Below are positions 8,708 through 18,248 of a stretch of DNA of 64,000 nt, one piece after another. The notes under the pieces were generated by a model that made no database searches, was not told the DNA's origin, and saw only the letters and a program-made list of their open reading frames with translations. Position 1 is the stretch's first letter, and each line of letters starts with the position of its first letter. The stretch comes from Thermoanaerobaculia bacterium (lineage in GTDB: Bacteria > Acidobacteriota > Thermoanaerobaculia > UBA5066). The DNA is taken from the NCBI GenBank assembly GCA_041482235.1, contig JBGPDK010000001.1:759-64758 (forward strand), written 5' to 3'. The translations under genes and the position numbers were made by a program.

Positions 8708-9673
8708 ATGCGGCCCGCCGCCTCGCGCGTCCCGCGCCGGCCTCCCCCTGCCCTTCCCGACGACCCCGCCGGCCTCTCGAGAGCCGCGGTCGACTCGGCG
8801 CGCGCCCACGGATTCGCGGCTGCCGGCGTCCTCGCGGCCTCCGAGCCGACCTCGTTCGGCCGTTACCGACAGTGGCTCGACCAGGCCCATCACGGAGAGA
8901 TGGCGTATCTCGAGCGCCATGCCGCGGCGCGCCAGCACTTCGACACGGTCCTGCCCTTCACGAGGGCGGTCATCGCCGTGGCGCGCGCGATTCCCGGCGG
9001 CGGACCCGGAAACGTGGCGCAGTTCGCGCGAGGCGAGGACTACCACCGCGTCGTGCGACGGCACCTGAAAGCCGCCATCGAGGACCTGCGCCCGCTCGCG
9101 CCGAAGGGCGCCCGTTTCCGCGTCTGTGTCGACACCGCGCCTCTTCTCGAACGGGAGATCGCCGTTCGCGCCGGCCTCGGGTTCCTCGGCAAGAACGGGC
9201 TCCTGATCGTGCCGGGCCTCGGCTCGCACGTGGTCCTCGGCGAGGTCCTGACGGACGTGGCTCTCGCGCCGACCGCGGCACCCGCCGACCCGGGCGCGAA
9301 CCGGTGCGGAACGTGCACGGCCTGCCTCGACGCGTGCCCCACTTCCGCTTTCCTCGCGCCTCGCGTCCTCGACGCACGAAAGTGCATCTCGTATCTCACC
9401 ATCGAGAAACGGACGCCCTTCACGGCGGCAGAGGAGGCCGCTCTCGATGGCCGCCTTTTCGGGTGCGACGACTGCCAGGACGTCTGTCCCTTCAACGCGG
9501 CCCGAGGCGCGGGACCTTTCGGCCCGGCCGCGTCCCTCGACCCCGAGGAGATCCTCGCCCTCGGCGCGCCCGCCTTTCGCGCGCGTTTCTTCGACTCGGC
9601 GATCTGGCGGGCCACGCCCGAAGGCCTCGCGCGGAACGCGGCCGCCGCTCTCCGCCGCGATGCAGGCCGATGA
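8708..9673 (+). CDS. queG: tRNA epoxyqueuosine(34) reductase QueG
   Basis: 4Fe-4S motifs CGTCTACLDACP and CDDCQDVCPFN, plus CISYLTIEKR. Confidence 0.85.
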   Translation: MRPAASRVPRRPPPALPDDPAGLSRAAVDSARAHGFAAAGVLAASEPTSFGRYRQWLDQAHHGEMAYLERHAAARQHFDTVLPFTRAVIAVARAIPGGGPGNVAQFARGEDYHRVVRRHLKAAIEDLRPLAPKGARFRVCVDTAPLLEREIAVRAGLGFLGKNGLLIVPGLGSHVVLGEVLTDVALAPTAAPADPGANRCGTCTACLDACPTSAFLAPRVLDARKCISYLTIEKRTPFTAAEEAALDGRLFGCDDCQDVCPFNAARGAGPFGPAASLDPEEILALGAPAFRARFFDSAIWRATPEGLARNAAAALRRDAGR

Positions 9674-10284
9674 GCGGCACGCGGCTCGTGGTGGCCGGGA
9701 TCTTCGTGCGCGAGGGTCGGCTCCTCATGTCACGCCGGCCCGCGGGCCGGGCCTGGGCGGGCCTGTGGGAGCTTCCCGGCGGCAAAGTGGAGGCAGGGGA
9801 GACGCCAGAGGAGGCGCTCGTCCGCGAGTGGCGCGAGGAGATGGACGTGACGCCGGTGGCGGTCTCGCCATATCACTTCGAAACCGTCGACGAACCCGCG
9901 CCGGAGGGCGCACGGCAAAACGTAACGCTGCTTTTCTATGAAGTGGGGGGAATCGTCGGGGCGCCGCGCTCGGCCGCCGTCGACGCGGTCCGGTTCGCAT
10001 CCGCGCCGGAAGCCCGCATTCTTCCGACTCCCCCGGGCGACGCCGCGGCACTGCGCCGCCTCCTCGCCGAAGTCGAAGGGGATGCCTTCATCGACACCGA
10101 AACGGAGGCCGGGCTCGCCCTCGTGCGCGAGCATCTGTCCAGAACCTGCCGCAACCACGGCGCCGTCTTCAGGCCGGAGGACGGCCGCTGCGTCGCGGGT
10201 CCCTGCGAGGGCGAGTCGCTCACGCCGCTCGACGTGGCGCGGAGCGGCGCGGGCTGGGCGCTCGACGGCGGCGGAATGCGATGA
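9670..10284 (+). CDS. NUDIX hydrolase (MutT-like) with C-terminal Cys-containing extension
   Basis: Nudix box GLWELPGGKVEAGETPEEALVREWREEMD. ATGA overlap with the queG stop. Confidence 0.8.
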   Translation: MSGTRLVVAGIFVREGRLLMSRRPAGRAWAGLWELPGGKVEAGETPEEALVREWREEMDVTPVAVSPYHFETVDEPAPEGARQNVTLLFYEVGGIVGAPRSAAVDAVRFASAPEARILPTPPGDAAALRRLLAEVEGDAFIDTETEAGLALVREHLSRTCRNHGAVFRPEDGRCVAGPCEGESLTPLDVARSGAGWALDGGGMR

Positions 10285-11558
10285 ACGAAACCCTCCTCGT
10301 CATCTTTTACGTCCTCTGCGCTGCGGCCTCCGCGTTCTTCTCGTCGGCCGAGACGGCCGTCACGTCTCTCACCGACGCGGCCATCTTCCGCATGAAGAGC
10401 GCGGGCGAGAGGAGCGCCGAGCGGCTCGAGCGGCTGCGGGACGACCTCCCGCGCACGCTCGGAACGCTCCTCGTCGGCAACACGCTCGCGAATGCCGCGG
10501 CGGGCTCGATCGGCGCCGGCCTCGCGATCTCGGCCTTCGGCGAGAAGTGGGGCGTTCTCATCGCGACGGTCCTGACGTCCGTGCTGCTGCTCGTCGTCGC
10601 GGAGGTCACGCCCAAGACGCTCGCCGCGCGCAGGCCCGAGCGCGTGGCACTCCTGTTCGTCGGCCCGATGGAGCTCTTCGTGCGCCTGCTCGCACCGGTG
10701 ACGCACCTCCTCTCGGCCATCGCGCGCTGGATCCTGGGCCCGTTCGGCGCCGACGCGCCCCCGGACGTCACGGACGACGACGTCAAGAGCGTCATCAATC
10801 TCTCGCGGGAGCAGGGGGGCATCAAGCGCGAGGAGAGCGAGCTTCTTCACGCGGTCCTCGCGTTCGGACAGACGCCCGTGCGGGAGGCGATGGTCCCTCG
10901 CGCGAGGATGGTCCTCCTGCCCGTCACCGCGAGCTTCGAGCAGGTCGACGCAGCGTGCCGCGAGTACCGCTACAGCCGCTATCCGGTTTATCGGCAGCAC
11001 ACGGACGACATCGTCGGGATTCTTCACGTCAAGGACCTGTTCGACGTCTCCGACTCGGAGGAGAAGGCCTTCGAGATGGCTCGCCACCTGCGCCCCGCGA
11101 TCTTCGTGCCCGAGCTCAAGCGCTCAGAGGACCTCTTCCGTGAGATGCGGCGCCGACGGTTTCACATGGCGGTCGTCGTCGACGAAAGCGGCGCCGTGGC
11201 CGGGCTCGTCACCCTGGAGGACCTCATCGAGCAGATCGTGGGAGACATCTTCGACGAGCACGACGAGCCCGCCGACCGCCCCGAGCGCGACGGGACGTCG
11301 CTTCTCGTGGAAGGGGGTTATCCCCTGGCGTCTCTCGAGCGGGACCTCGGGGCCTCGTTCGACGACCCGGACGACGAGACCGTGGCCGGCTTCCTGCTCC
11401 GGAAGTTCGGGCGCATCCCGCGGGCCGGAGCCCGGACCCGAGAGGGGGACCTCGAGTCTCTCGTCGAGCGCGCCTCGCCCCGCGCCATCGAGCGTATCCG
11501 TATTCTCCGGACCCCGGCGACCCATCCTTCGGCCCCGGCCGAGACACGAAAGGCCTGA
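10281..11558 (+). CDS. CNNM/HlyC-CorC family transporter (DUF21 + CBS pair + CorC_HlyC)
   Basis: N-terminal TM DUF21, then a CBS pair (ILHVKDLF...MAVVVDESGAVAGLVTLEDLIEQIVGDI), then a C-terminal transporter-associated domain. ATGA overlap with the NUDIX gene. Confidence 0.85.
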   Translation: MNETLLVIFYVLCAAASAFFSSAETAVTSLTDAAIFRMKSAGERSAERLERLRDDLPRTLGTLLVGNTLANAAAGSIGAGLAISAFGEKWGVLIATVLTSVLLLVVAEVTPKTLAARRPERVALLFVGPMELFVRLLAPVTHLLSAIARWILGPFGADAPPDVTDDDVKSVINLSREQGGIKREESELLHAVLAFGQTPVREAMVPRARMVLLPVTASFEQVDAACREYRYSRYPVYRQHTDDIVGILHVKDLFDVSDSEEKAFEMARHLRPAIFVPELKRSEDLFREMRRRRFHMAVVVDESGAVAGLVTLEDLIEQIVGDIFDEHDEPADRPERDGTSLLVEGGYPLASLERDLGASFDDPDDETVAGFLLRKFGRIPRAGARTREGDLESLVERASPRAIERIRILRTPATHPSAPAETRKA

Positions 11559-11576
11559 ACACCGTGACGGCACTTC

Positions 11577-12287
11577 TTGTCTAGGCCCTCCATCCGGCGA
11601 GCGCTGCGCCGGGCGGGAGCCGAGTCCCCACCCCGCCCGCCGCGGCCCACCGGCCCGCGGAACGCGGGCCGGATTCCCCCGCCGAAGATCTTCCTGCCTG
11701 GCGAGACGGAGGATGCGGGCGCCGTCGACTTCTCCGCCGTCTTCTCGCGCGTCGCTCCCGTGGAGATGGAGATCGGCGTCGGAAAGGGCCGCTTCCTCCT
11801 CGCGGCCGCGGCCCTGCACGGCGAACGGAACTGGTTCGGCCTGGAAATCGAGCCCGGGTACGCCCGGATCGCGTACCTCAGGGCTGTCCGCGCGGGGCTC
11901 TCGAACGTCCGGATCGAGCGGCTCGACGGGAAGGCATTCGTCCTCAACCGGCTCTCCCCCGGATGCCTTGCGGGTCTTCACGTGTACTTCCCGGATCCCT
12001 GGCCGAAGAAGCGGCATCACAAGCGCCGTCTCGTGGATCCCGCGTGGGCCGGGGCCGCCGCGCTCGCCCTCGCGCCCGTGTCCCTTCTCCGCATCGCCTC
12101 GGACCATGAGGAGTACTTCGGCGTGATCGACGACGTGCTCTCGAACGAACCGCTCCTCGAGAAGCTCGCTCCGGAGGAGGCGGGCGCCTGGTCGACGGGC
12201 ACGAGCTACGAGGTGAAATACCTGAAGACAGGCCGGCCGATCTACAAGGCGGTCTTTCGAAGGCGCGCCTACGGCTCGGCGCGCTGA
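11577..12287 (+). CDS. trmB: tRNA (guanine46-N7)-methyltransferase
   Basis: EIGVGKGRFLLAAA...FPDPWPKKRHHKRRL signature. The N-terminal ~40 aa may be an over-extension. Confidence 0.8.
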   Translation: MSRPSIRRALRRAGAESPPRPPRPTGPRNAGRIPPPKIFLPGETEDAGAVDFSAVFSRVAPVEMEIGVGKGRFLLAAAALHGERNWFGLEIEPGYARIAYLRAVRAGLSNVRIERLDGKAFVLNRLSPGCLAGLHVYFPDPWPKKRHHKRRLVDPAWAGAAALALAPVSLLRIASDHEEYFGVIDDVLSNEPLLEKLAPEEAGAWSTGTSYEVKYLKTGRPIYKAVFRRRAYGSAR

Positions 12288-12880
12288 GGCCCCGCCGGCG
12301 CCGCCGACGTCCGAGATTGCTTCTCCTCGCGCTCCCGGGCGAGCAGCGGTTTGAGGAACCTGCGGAAGTAGTCGATTCCCGAGATGAGCGCCATCGCCGT
12401 CATCACGTAGAGAGCCGCCCGGCCCGTCTTTCGCCAGAGGCCGATGTCATCGAGCTTCCCGCCCAGGATCATGAGCGAGATTCCGACGATCTGGCTCCCC
12501 ATCTTCCACTTCCCGAGCTTCGAGGCGGCGATCGTGAGGCCGTGGCTCGACGCGATGGAGCGCAGGCCCGACACCGCGAACTCGCGTCCGATGATGATGC
12601 ACACGGCCCAGGCGTCGGCCTCCTGCAGGTCCACCAGCGAGATGAGCGCCGCCGAAACGAGCAGCTTGTCCGCGATGGGGTCCAGAAGCATCCCCATCGT
12701 CGTGACTTTCTTGAACTTGCGGGCCCAATAGCCGTCCAGCCAGTCGGTGATCGCGGCCAGAAGGAAGACGGCGAGCGCGAGATACTCGCGCGCCGGGAGC
12801 TTCGTGAGGAGGAGGACGACGAGAAGCGGTACGAGGAAGATCCGGAACAGCGAGAGCGCGTTGGGGACGTTGACGAACAC
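12269..12880 (-). CDS. pgsA: CDP-diacylglycerol--glycerol-3-phosphate 3-phosphatidyltransferase
   Basis: CDP-alcohol phosphatidyltransferase motif DWLDGYWAR...GMLLDPIADK with several TM helices. Confidence 0.85.
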   Translation of the reverse strand: MFVNVPNALSLFRIFLVPLLVVLLLTKLPAREYLALAVFLLAAITDWLDGYWARKFKKVTTMGMLLDPIADKLLVSAALISLVDLQEADAWAVCIIIGREFAVSGLRSIASSHGLTIAASKLGKWKMGSQIVGISLMILGGKLDDIGLWRKTGRAALYVMTAMALISGIDYFRRFLKPLLAREREEKQSRTSAAPAGPQRAEP

Positions 12881-12961
12881 CGGGACGCGATTCTAGACCC
12901 GCCCGCGCCGCGCCGGGCCCGCTGGACACGCCCGGCGCGCTCCCCGAGAATCAACCCTCTG

Positions 12962-14380
12962 ATGGAGGCGCCTCCCATCGTCTTCGGGACCGACGGCTGG
13001 CGGGGCCTGATCGCCCGCGACCTCACGTTCGAAAGCGTCCGCCGCGTCGTCACGGCGGCCGCGGCGTGGACGATCGACGAGGAAAACGCCGAGCCGGGCG
13101 ACCCGTGGACCCTTCCGGTCGTTTACGACACGCGCTTTCTCTCGCCGGAGCTCGCGGCCGAGAACGCCGGCCTCCTCGCTTCGTACGGGTTCCGGGTCCT
13201 TCTCTCCGACCGGCCCGTCCCCACGCCCTGCGCCTCGTGGCAGGTCGCCTCGCGCGGCCTGAGGGCCGGACTCGCCATCACCGCGTCGCACAACCCGCCG
13301 CTCTGGAACGGCGTGAAGGTGAAGTCCTGGTTCGGCGGCAGCGCGATGCCCGCGACGTACGACGCGATCGCCCGTCTGGCCGGGCGCCCGTTGCCCGCAC
13401 GAGAGGGCGGCACCGTCGAGACCCTCGATCTGGCCGCGCCCTACCGCAGGGCGCTCGCCGGCCTCGTCGACCTCGACGCGATACGCCGGGCGGGCGTGCG
13501 GGTTCTCTTCGACGCGATTCACGGCGCCTCGGGGACGCTCCTCGAGCAGATCGTGGGGACCGGCCACCCGACGACCGTCGTCTCGCTCCGCGCGAACCGC
13601 GATCCGGCTTTCGGCGGCGTCAACCCCGAGCCCATTCCCGAGAATCTCGGCGCCGCGCGGCAGGCCCTCGCCTCGGGCCGTTTCGACGTCGTCCTCGCGA
13701 GCGACGGCGACGGCGACCGGCTCGGCGTGCTGGACGCGCGCGGCGCGTTCGTCACCCCGCACCGCGTGCTCGCGCTTCTCGCCGAGAGCCTCACGGTCCG
13801 CGGGCGCATCCGCGGCGGCATCGCGAAGACCTTCTCGACTTCGCTGCTTCTCGATCGCGTCGCCGCGCGCCTCGGCGTGCCGCTTCACGTCACGCCGATC
13901 GGATTCAAGCACATCGCGGCGAAGATGCTCGCCGGCGAGGTGGCGATCGGCGGCGAGGAGTCGGGCGGCCTGGGCGTCGCGTTCCACCTTCCCGAGCGCG
14001 ACGGGATCCTCTCGGCGCTCCTCGTCCTCGAGACCCTCGCGCATTCGGGGGGCTCGCTGGAGACCCTCGTCGCGGGGCAGGACACGGCGTATGGCGCGCT
14101 CGCGTACGGCCGCCGCGACCTGCACCTGCCAATGCCCGTGCTGCGCGCGTTTCTCGACCGACTGAAGGCCGATCCCCCCGCCTCGCGCTGCGGTGAACGC
14201 GTGACGGCCGTGGACGACATGGACGGCATCAAACTGGTCTTCGGGTCCCGCGGCTGGCTCCTCCACCGGCTCTCTGGCACCGAGCCCATCATCCGGATCT
14301 ACGCCGAGCACGAGGATCCTGCGATGATCGAGAAGCTCCTCGCCGGGACGCAGGCCTCGCTCGAGCAGCTTGCCCGCTGA
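12962..14380 (+). CDS. phosphoglucomutase/phosphomannomutase family (alpha-D-phosphohexomutase)
   Basis: Active-site TASHNPP, Mg-binding SDGDGDR and sugar-binding GEESGG. The start is at M216 of the listed ORF, which upstream is shadow of pgsA. Confidence 0.85.
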   Translation: MEAPPIVFGTDGWRGLIARDLTFESVRRVVTAAAAWTIDEENAEPGDPWTLPVVYDTRFLSPELAAENAGLLASYGFRVLLSDRPVPTPCASWQVASRGLRAGLAITASHNPPLWNGVKVKSWFGGSAMPATYDAIARLAGRPLPAREGGTVETLDLAAPYRRALAGLVDLDAIRRAGVRVLFDAIHGASGTLLEQIVGTGHPTTVVSLRANRDPAFGGVNPEPIPENLGAARQALASGRFDVVLASDGDGDRLGVLDARGAFVTPHRVLALLAESLTVRGRIRGGIAKTFSTSLLLDRVAARLGVPLHVTPIGFKHIAAKMLAGEVAIGGEESGGLGVAFHLPERDGILSALLVLETLAHSGGSLETLVAGQDTAYGALAYGRRDLHLPMPVLRAFLDRLKADPPASRCGERVTAVDDMDGIKLVFGSRGWLLHRLSGTEPIIRIYAEHEDPAMIEKLLAGTQASLEQLAR

Positions 14381-14420
14381 GACAGGGTCGCGGTATCGTT
14401 CTCTCCCACAGGAGAATTCG

Positions 14421-15095
14421 ATGCGCTCACCCGCCGCCCTCGTCCTCGCCGCCGCCTTCGCCTTCCCCGGGATCGCCACCGCATCCGGTTCCTCCGCGAT
14501 GTCGGCTCCTCCCCCCCAGATGCCCAGGCTCACGCCCGAGCAGGAAGCCGTGGAGCTCTACAACGACGGAATTTCGTACCGCAACAAGGCCGACAAGTAC
14601 GACAAGGAGTCGGCCGGCGAAAACGACGCCGCGAAGAAGGCAAAGCTGCTCGAGAAAAGCAGGAGCCAGCACGAGTCCTCGATCAAGAAGTTCCAGAAGG
14701 CCGTTGCGAAGGACCCGACGATGTTCCAGGCGTGGGGCAGCCTCGGTTACGCATACCGCAAGACCGGCAATTACACCAGCGCGCTGGAAGCGTATGACAA
14801 GGCGCTCGCGGTCGAGAAGTCCTACGCGCCGGCCATCGAGTACCGCGCCGAGGCCTATCTCGGGCTCAACCGTCTCGAAGAGGTGAAGTCCGCGTACATG
14901 ACCCTTTTCAACACGGACCGCGCCCGCGCCGACGAGCTCGTTCTCGCGATGCAGAAGTGGCTCGAGAAGCGGCAAGCCGACCCCACGGGCGTGGATCCCG
15001 CTGCCCTCGAGGACTTCGGGAAATGGGTGGCCGAGCGCAAGCAGCTCGCGGCCCAGACGTCGGCGATCACGGGCCCGAACGCTCCGCGCTGGTAA
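14421..15095 (+). CDS. secreted TPR-repeat protein
   Basis: SD ggagaa before the ATG, signal peptide MRSPAALVLAAAFAFPGIATA, and TPR-like repeats (AWGSLGYAYRKTGNYTSALEAYDKAL). Confidence 0.7.
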   Translation: MRSPAALVLAAAFAFPGIATASGSSAMSAPPPQMPRLTPEQEAVELYNDGISYRNKADKYDKESAGENDAAKKAKLLEKSRSQHESSIKKFQKAVAKDPTMFQAWGSLGYAYRKTGNYTSALEAYDKALAVEKSYAPAIEYRAEAYLGLNRLEEVKSAYMTLFNTDRARADELVLAMQKWLEKRQADPTGVDPAALEDFGKWVAERKQLAAQTSAITGPNAPRW

Positions 15096-15132
15096 CGCCA
15101 CGCCTCCTCCTCTCCTCGGTCTTCTAGTCCTC

Positions 15133-16086
15133 GTGGCCGCGGGATTCGCCTGGCGGCTTCCGCCGGGGTTTCCCGTGCCGCGGGTGCCCGAAGGCAACCC
15201 GGTCACGGCGGAGAAGGTCGCGCTCGGGCGCCGCCTCTTCTATGACGTCCGCCTGTCCGGCAACGGCACGCAAGCCTGCGCCTCGTGCCACCAGCAGGCG
15301 CGCGCCTTCACGGACACGCGCGCGCGAGCGATGGGGTCCACGGGAGAGTCGCACCCCCGGAGCGCGATGAGCCTGGCAAATGTGGCCTACAGCGTGTCCT
15401 TGACGTGGACCGACGCGGGTCACCGAAGCCTCGAGGACCAGATGCTCGTGCCTCTCCTCGCCGATCATCCCGTGGAAATGGGGCTCGCCGGGCGAGGAGA
15501 GGACGCGCTGTCCCGCCTCCGTATCGATCCCCTTTATTCAAAGCTCTTCTCCGAAGCGTTCCCCCACGAGATAGCACCGGCGAGCCTCGGGAACATTCGC
15601 AAGGCGATCGCGTCTTTCGAAAGGACCATCGTATCGGGCGACTCGCCGTACGACCGGCTCGTGTGGAAGGACGAGCGCGGCGCTCTTTCCGAATCCGCCC
15701 GGCGCGGCATGGCGCTTTTCTTTTCGGACCGCCTCGCCTGCGCGAAGTGCCACGCGGGCTTCACTTTTTCGGGACCCGTGGCCTGGGAGGGCGGGCCCGC
15801 GCCCCAGCCCACTTTCCACGACAACGGTCTCGGCGGCCGCTTTCGCGCGCCGACCCTCCGAAACGTCGCGGTCACCGCCCCGTACATGCACGACGGACGG
15901 TTCGCCACGCTCGGAGCCGTGATCGACCACTACGCCGCGGGTGGAATTCCCTCGCCAGGGCGGAGCAATCTCGTGAAGGGCTTCGCGATCACCGAAGCCG
16001 AGAAGCGCGATCTCGTGGAGTTCCTGACGAGCCTGACGGACGAGGAGCTCCTGAAGAATCCGGATCTCTCCGATCCGTTCCATTGA
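15133..16086 (+). CDS. di-haem cytochrome c peroxidase family (CcpA/MauG-like)
   Basis: Two CXXCH motifs, CASCH and CAKCH, plus the family N-terminus PEGNPVTAEKVALGRRLFYDVRLS. The listed GTG start leaves no signal peptide. The same frame upstream encodes a hydrophobic stretch LLGLLVLVAAGFAW overlapping the TPR gene's 3' end, so the true start is probably upstream and non-canonical. Confidence 0.8.
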   Translation: MAAGFAWRLPPGFPVPRVPEGNPVTAEKVALGRRLFYDVRLSGNGTQACASCHQQARAFTDTRARAMGSTGESHPRSAMSLANVAYSVSLTWTDAGHRSLEDQMLVPLLADHPVEMGLAGRGEDALSRLRIDPLYSKLFSEAFPHEIAPASLGNIRKAIASFERTIVSGDSPYDRLVWKDERGALSESARRGMALFFSDRLACAKCHAGFTFSGPVAWEGGPAPQPTFHDNGLGGRFRAPTLRNVAVTAPYMHDGRFATLGAVIDHYAAGGIPSPGRSNLVKGFAITEAEKRDLVEFLTSLTDEELLKNPDLSDPFH

Positions 16087-16184
16087 TCTTCGGAGGGCCG
16101 ATGTACCTTCCGACGCACGCGCGTGCTGTCTGAGCGAAGCGAGTTCACGCGCGAAGGAGGAGGGCACACCGGCCCGTAGAGCCC

Positions 16185-17453
16185 TCAGCGCGCGTCGAGA
16201 AGGACGTACCCGACGCCGGTGAACCGAATCGAGGCGCCGGCGCCCAGGCCCGCGAGGGGGTCCCCCTCCTCGAGGAGCTCGGGCACGACCTCCCCGCCAT
16301 AGGCCACGACCGCGCGCGCGGCGATGGCGAGGGGCTGGCCGTGCTCCACTTCGAAGCGCGCCGGCTCGGATGAAACGGCGAGAGCGATGGCCCCGCTGCC
16401 CGAAAGCTTCAGGAACGGTGGTGCCGTGCGGTCGCCGGTGTCCGGCGTCACCTCGGCGCGGCACGCCAGCGCGCTCTCGAAGGCGAGAAGCCTCGCCGGA
16501 TACACCGAGATCGTCTCGCCGGCCAGCGCCTTGAGCCAGGGCACACGGCCGGCCTCCGCGACGAGCAGGATGCCGTCGCCAGAGGCCCCAACGAGAATCT
16601 GGTCGAGACCGTCGGGCATCGAGGCAAAAGAAGCCTCGAGAACCGGGGCGCCGGAGCGGCCCACGACGATGCCTCGCCGCACGCGAACGCCCCTCCCGCA
16701 GGAGACCGAAAGGAATCCGCCGGGCTTCGGCGAGAAGGGTCCGAGAGGCCTGGCCAGCGCCGCGGGCTCCGCCCCGGCCGGAGCGGCCGTTGGCGGCCGC
16801 GGCCGGATGCCCGAGGAGAGCCTGAGCTTGCCGCTCGCCGTGAGCGAGTCCAACGGCTCCGGCTTCACCACCGGGCTGGGCCCGCTGTCGTTCGGCGACG
16901 GGCGGCGGGCCGTCGCTTGCCGCACCTCCGCCGCCGCGACGCGCGCCGTGCGGGCGACCGAGTCATCCCCTTCGGCGCCGTCCTTCAGCTCGGCGCCGGC
17001 CATCTTGAAATGCCGCTGGGCCTCATCCCAGGCACCGCGCTTCTGCGCGACGAGCCCGAGCGTCAGATGGGCCTTGCGGTGGGCCGGAGCGAATCCGAGA
17101 ACCCTCTCGAGCGGCTCCCGAGCTTCCAGGTCTCGCCCCGACTTGAACAGGATGAGTCCGAGGTTGAACAGGAGTGGAACCGATTCCACGTGCTCGGCGA
17201 GAAGGTCGCGCGTCATCGCCTCGGCGTCGGCGAACTGTCCGAGGTGGAAGAGCGTGATCGAGAGATCGAGCAGGACCTCGGGGTCGCGCGGGCGCAGCCG
17301 CCGCGCTTCCTCGAACTCGCGCCGCGCCGTCTCGTACTGCCCACGCCCCATCTCCTCCTTGCCGCGGTTCAGGTGGAGGAGAAAGAGCCCGTGATCGAAG
17401 AACGGGGCGGGGCGGAAGGCCCTCGTCGTCTTGGATTCCCGCGTCGCCGCCAT
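16185..17453 (-). CDS. TPR-repeat protein with C-terminal beta-rich domain (possibly AIM24/DUF124-like)
   Basis: N-terminal TPRs (EARRLRPRDPEVLLDLSITLFHLGQFADAE...). The C-terminal ~220 aa have GSG-containing repeats (LKLSGSGAIALAVSSEP...IRFTGVGYVLLD). The domain assignment is tentative. Confidence 0.55.
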   Translation of the reverse strand: MAATRESKTTRAFRPAPFFDHGLFLLHLNRGKEEMGRGQYETARREFEEARRLRPRDPEVLLDLSITLFHLGQFADAEAMTRDLLAEHVESVPLLFNLGLILFKSGRDLEAREPLERVLGFAPAHRKAHLTLGLVAQKRGAWDEAQRHFKMAGAELKDGAEGDDSVARTARVAAAEVRQATARRPSPNDSGPSPVVKPEPLDSLTASGKLRLSSGIRPRPPTAAPAGAEPAALARPLGPFSPKPGGFLSVSCGRGVRVRRGIVVGRSGAPVLEASFASMPDGLDQILVGASGDGILLVAEAGRVPWLKALAGETISVYPARLLAFESALACRAEVTPDTGDRTAPPFLKLSGSGAIALAVSSEPARFEVEHGQPLAIAARAVVAYGGEVVPELLEEGDPLAGLGAGASIRFTGVGYVLLDAR

Positions 17454-17469
17454 TCCGCCCCCGTCCGCC

Positions 17470-18213
17470 TCAGCGAACGCGGCCGAGGGTCGGCGCGTGG
17501 CGTCCCGTCACACCCACAGCCGTATTCGAGAGCATCGGCGTCCCGTGGGCGTTCGAGACGCGAACGGAGGCCGTCCGGAGCGAGGGTCCGGTCGGCATGC
17601 CGCGGAAGGTGCCACTGACGGAGGCAGAGGAGCCAATCTCTCCATGCCTCGCGACGAGGACGCGCCGGATGTATTCGTGGGTTTCGCGATACGGCGGCAC
17701 ACCGGAATGGCGCGCCACGGCGCCCTCGCCCGCGTTGTATCCGGCGAGAGCGAGAGACACGTCGCCCTTGAACTGCTCGAGAAGCGCGGCCAGGTACCGA
17801 ACGCCCGCCCGGATGCTCTGGCCGGCGTCGTGCCGGTCCGACACGCCGAAGCGGCGGGCCGTGTCCGGCATGAGCTGCATGAGACCGCGGGCGCCCTTGC
17901 GGGACACGGCACGCGGATTGAAGTTGGATTCCACGAGCATGACGCTCTTGACGAGCACCGGGTCGACTCCCGCCGCCCGCGCTTCGCTGTCGATCGCGGT
18001 GTCATAGGGCGACGGCGCGCTCCGCCGCCCGACCAGATAACCGTCCGAAGGCACGCCCCCGCTCACCCGCCAGCCGCTGCCGACGTTGTCGTTGAAGATC
18101 ACCGCCGAGCCGTTCGACTGCCGCACGAGATGGACGTCGGCACACAGCGTGCCCGAGACCGCGAGCAGAGCGGCCACCGAGAGCCGGGTCACACCGATCC
18201 CGCGAGATGGCAT
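17470..18213 (-). CDS. lytic transglycosylase (SLT domain), secreted
   Basis: Signal peptide, then ESNFNPRAVSRKGARGLMQLMPDTA and AGYNAGEGAV. Confidence 0.85.
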   Translation of the reverse strand: MPSRGIGVTRLSVAALLAVSGTLCADVHLVRQSNGSAVIFNDNVGSGWRVSGGVPSDGYLVGRRSAPSPYDTAIDSEARAAGVDPVLVKSVMLVESNFNPRAVSRKGARGLMQLMPDTARRFGVSDRHDAGQSIRAGVRYLAALLEQFKGDVSLALAGYNAGEGAVARHSGVPPYRETHEYIRRVLVARHGEIGSSASVSGTFRGMPTGPSLRTASVRVSNAHGTPMLSNTAVGVTGRHAPTLGRVR

Positions 18214-18248
18214 TGCCCGAAGATTATAGACCCTTTCGATACAGCCCG

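Noticed and set aside
8635-9669. N-terminal 345 aa of the listed 549-aa ORF 8635..10284
   Set aside because: They are R/P-rich and out of frame with queG. Only the C-terminal part from ATG 9670 is a real NUDIX hydrolase.
12893-14533. 546-aa minus-strand ORF opposite the phosphohexomutase gene
   Set aside because: Shadow ORF. The plus strand has the complete TASHNP/GDGDR/GEESGG mutase.
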